Positions 35,901 through 37,390 of a DNA stretch of 37,390 nt are shown here, in pieces. Origin of the DNA: a virus (Duplodnaviria > Caudoviricetes); IMG/VR virus record IMGVR_UViG_3300037722_000528, positions 1-37,390 of that record. One strand, 5' to 3'. The notes under the pieces were generated by a model. That model was not told the origin of the DNA. It saw only the letters and a program-made list of their open reading frames with translations, and did no database searches. Made by a program: the position numbers and the translations under genes. Numbering within the stretch: the first letter of the stretch is position 1; each line of letters starts with the position of its first letter.

Positions 35901-36955
35901 GGATGACTCCGGGAGTTCCCGCGAACACGACGAAGCGTCGCTACATCAACGGCACTCTTGTGGTCGCCCAGGATGCCACGTTCAAGTTCCCGGGGGACTG
36001 GATCCAGACAGGAAGCTCGTCGCGCGGACGGATCAGCGGATTCGTGGATCCCGACGTGATCCAGTGCGCGAACATCGGCTCCCTGCCATCGGGAGTCGTG
36101 CTGCCGGTGGGAACCACGGTGACGATCCAGCCCGCGCGCGGTCGAAACCTCTCCCAGAGCATCGGCGACAGGCAGGGGTTCGTGATCTGTGCAAGCGTCG
36201 GCGGCGCCTCGACGGGGAGCGTCGGTGTCGACAACGGTGAGGGGGTTCATCCGGGCAACGTGATCTTCGTCGAAGAGGAGGCGATGCTGGTCACGAAGAA
36301 GCAGCCAGCAACGTCCGCGACGTACAGCACCACCCTCTTCGTAGTGCGTGGGTACCTCGGCACGAAGGCCATCGCGCACAGCTCCGGTCCGTATCGCGCG
36401 CAGGTCTTCATCCACCCGCGCAGCTCGATTCCGCAACCGATCGGCGCGACCGGGTTGACCATTGCGTTTGCGGCAGATCCGACGGCGCCGCTCGGTGACC
36501 GTGTCCTCCAGTCCGGTGACCGGATCATCCTCGACTATCCCGGTGTCCGCGCGGAGCGGGCGAAGTTTGACATCTACACGGCCGAGGACCCCGTCGCGGT
36601 CGGGCTCTACGGAAAGCGGTCGATCAAGCTCGACGAGAACCCGTACGTCTCGGCGTCGGCGGCTCCGCACCTCTCGTGGCTCTACCTGCAGGCGCTCAAG
36701 TTCCCGCGGCTCCCATTCCGTTTCGTGATTCCGTTAGCTCCCGAGCTGCCGTACTACCTGCCGTGGTATCTGCGCTCGACGCGCCGGCTCCCGTCCGAGG
36801 CGGCCAACAACTACCAACTGCCGGTGCGGGTCCGCGCGATCGCGCACGACTTCGCCCGCGGCCAGACGGTCGTGGAAGTACTCACCACGGCCGCGCCGAC
36901 GACGTCGGACGCATCAGGCGGCGCCGGCTGGGGCGCTTCGTTCGGAGGAGGTTGA
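32966..36955 (+). CDS. Large tail-tip/host-recognition protein, 1329 aa
   Basis: Hub-like N- and C-termini; IFVEEEAMLVT...VRGYLGTKAIAH motif common in tail proteins; central beta-rich insert. Confidence 0.7.
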   Translation: MPTTFDIEAASRIGIGARSFRIAVEVRVVESGVEHWCDLNRTFPIATIIGGGDPGLQRLVDHPTVTNKSEKSGGQFGTQPVTLRIRNDDSLLDRTDAVVLLDSSGVRRTLPALKRARCRLRFIEPDGTSYVLGQYYIDKISASGAVATVDLQPLLRLLQTISPAPVKQGDHWFRDVHAAEMVRRLVQHALPGVVFDPVRFPSRIFIPVRAATISTTGHSNIELGPAIDNLGRQPESIGSVPTTDADAHIPTAIARDGLFRTKVYYATTSTSGGYRLFEYTIASGSSREIRADANGDPICFIWHDGIDHLFVGTCANNKADFANGFLRKSTLFRIHKNGTGYEERLSDAGRWSFCDFFVQLMQHGAGTDWSIGTWQPTGLWAGEQMCIGFPQLIECLSAFNAYTVLPGCYPELSGSAAFILSTDEDAGLRVNEARIHDRGGWQSTFAIESGQGYGNGGAAAYHHAPFPKPFVVADSQTTICSLVWSGTTIDDPTGVWRLARHEYVSDVDEPLATIAFPDSGFGNQFKQHQPTAWCVVDGTDFELGTPVWLVIATLDYRNVSDGDNKSIGKLELWKVDLEVTPDPVLGFTIANGGLTLLGSVDPGSAGANPNNTDGPWPVITDMVFERGYRQFQNPHIQGCIHDRKVNLYRPFMFRLDTLTWTWRQFTSGAPLTGWVAYQGEVNGGGGARRVFFRDCASGSLYESHDGGPPRQSAHGRPVDSLETWEAVPQLCVIEGALNPATDTLILGFSGPAPPLWAYPQDTSGNPPRNVAGSFRLWQLGLTVTARLPVADFRGDLVKSVKQALDWIAQSCGPSWTYGFDPETGAFYFDEFDGSEPAQSFIDADDRRAEWSEKELPAHGLVRDDETGEDITTEVAIIPWEPVRPAVGGRLEYGPRPGGTKHQVSISVEANTEAARRVILNVVRDGTIGPNDYTSPDLLKYGDSGYWDTNLLLSWTEDAEDILTETLAPASTLSTIRVRGMTPGVPANTTKRRYINGTLVVAQDATFKFPGDWIQTGSSSRGRISGFVDPDVIQCANIGSLPSGVVLPVGTTVTIQPARGRNLSQSIGDRQGFVICASVGGASTGSVGVDNGEGVHPGNVIFVEEEAMLVTKKQPATSATYSTTLFVVRGYLGTKAIAHSSGPYRAQVFIHPRSSIPQPIGATGLTIAFAADPTAPLGDRVLQSGDRIILDYPGVRAERAKFDIYTAEDPVAVGLYGKRSIKLDENPYVSASAAPHLSWLYLQALKFPRLPFRFVIPLAPELPYYLPWYLRSTRRLPSEAANNYQLPVRVRAIAHDFARGQTVVEVLTTAAPTTSDASGGAGWGASFGGG

Positions 36956-36956
36956 C

Positions 36957-37390
36957 ATGCGTCGTTTCATTCTGGCTCTCGTGCTCTCGCTGCTTGCGTC
37001 TGACCTCTCGGCAGACACGGCGTTCCAGGCTGTGGAGGAGAGGGCACACTTCACGTTCCGCTATCCATCAGGACGCTCCCGTCTGCTCTCTGACGGGAGT
37101 CAGATCGTCCTGATGAATCGTGCATGGTCCGACACGCTTGGGCGCGGAAGAAGTTACAACTACTACTACTCGTTCCTCGATGAGTACGGAGATTCGGTCG
37201 GCGTATGGATCTGGACGACGAGCACGGATTCGATCCCGCCCGGGAAGTACTTCTTCGTCGAACAGTCGGGACCGGACTCGACGTTCGGAGTGCCAGACTT
37301 TTTCCGTCTCAGCTTCGACATGGCGGCGCCGCAGTCGGTCGATTCGTCAGCCGTAATCGCCCAGGAGATCAAGACGGTCCACCTGGACCC
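36957..37390 (+). CDS. 5' part of origin-spanning tail-fibre-like protein with Sec signal peptide (not in the ORF track)
   Basis: GGAGGAGG SD, ATG 36957, MRRFILALVLSLLASDLSA|DTAF...; no stop before the join; continues into 27..986. Confidence 0.85.
   Translation, partial: MRRFILALVLSLLASDLSADTAFQAVEERAHFTFRYPSGRSRLLSDGSQIVLMNRAWSDTLGRGRSYNYYYSFLDEYGDSVGVWIWTTSTDSIPPGKYFFVEQSGPDSTFGVPDFFRLSFDMAAPQSVDSSAVIAQEIKTVHLD
37264..37390. repeat. Terminal direct repeat (right copy); circular-assembly overlap
   Basis: Identical to 1-127. Confidence 0.97.

Larger units (their letters stand above)
1..37390. mobile_element. Complete circular temperate phage genome (lambda-like head, non-contractile tail), excised form
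   Basis: Integrase, intact attP, cos-like site, terminase, portal, capsid, tail tube, tape measure and lysis genes are present; no tail sheath gene was recognised. Confidence 0.95.

Noticed and set aside
32966-36955. Diversity-generating retroelement target
   Set aside because: No reverse transcriptase and no TR/VR repeat pair were seen.
37264-37390. Biological terminal repeat
   Set aside because: 127 bp equals a common assembler k-mer length, the repeat falls mid-gene, and a cos-like site elsewhere suggests the real genome ends.

Overview
The window is an apparently complete, circular, high-GC temperate tailed phage genome. Positions 37264-37390 repeat 1-127 exactly, so the unique length is 37,263 bp and one gene crosses the join. 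In order on the circle: a lysis module (1100-3333); a leftward accessory/immunity operon (3390-4683); a divergent switch region with two ribbon-helix-helix-like regulators instead of CI/Cro; xis-int; an intact attP carrying the 3' part of a tRNA-Cys (6394-6438); a rightward early operon (PD-(D/E)XK exonuclease, putative annealing protein, SMC/SbcC-like ATPase, putative glycoside hydrolase, RusA, DUF1376-type initiator with iterons); a lambda-like cos; TerS/GpA-type terminase; lambda-type portal; protease-capsid fusion; duplicated head-tail joining genes; a non-contractile tail module with a -1 frameshift chaperone and tape measure; and a 1329-aa tail-tip protein. Most notable: (i) attP lies between the switch/xis-int and the replication genes, so integration would disconnect the lytic early genes from the switch promoter; (ii) two genes in virion-protein positions encode N-terminal signal peptides, and a stand-alone FlgD-Ig/T9SS-CTD-like domain sits in the lysis cassette; (iii) well-formed intergenic RNA structures punctuate the early operon. 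All family assignments come from motif recognition by eye; no searches were run.
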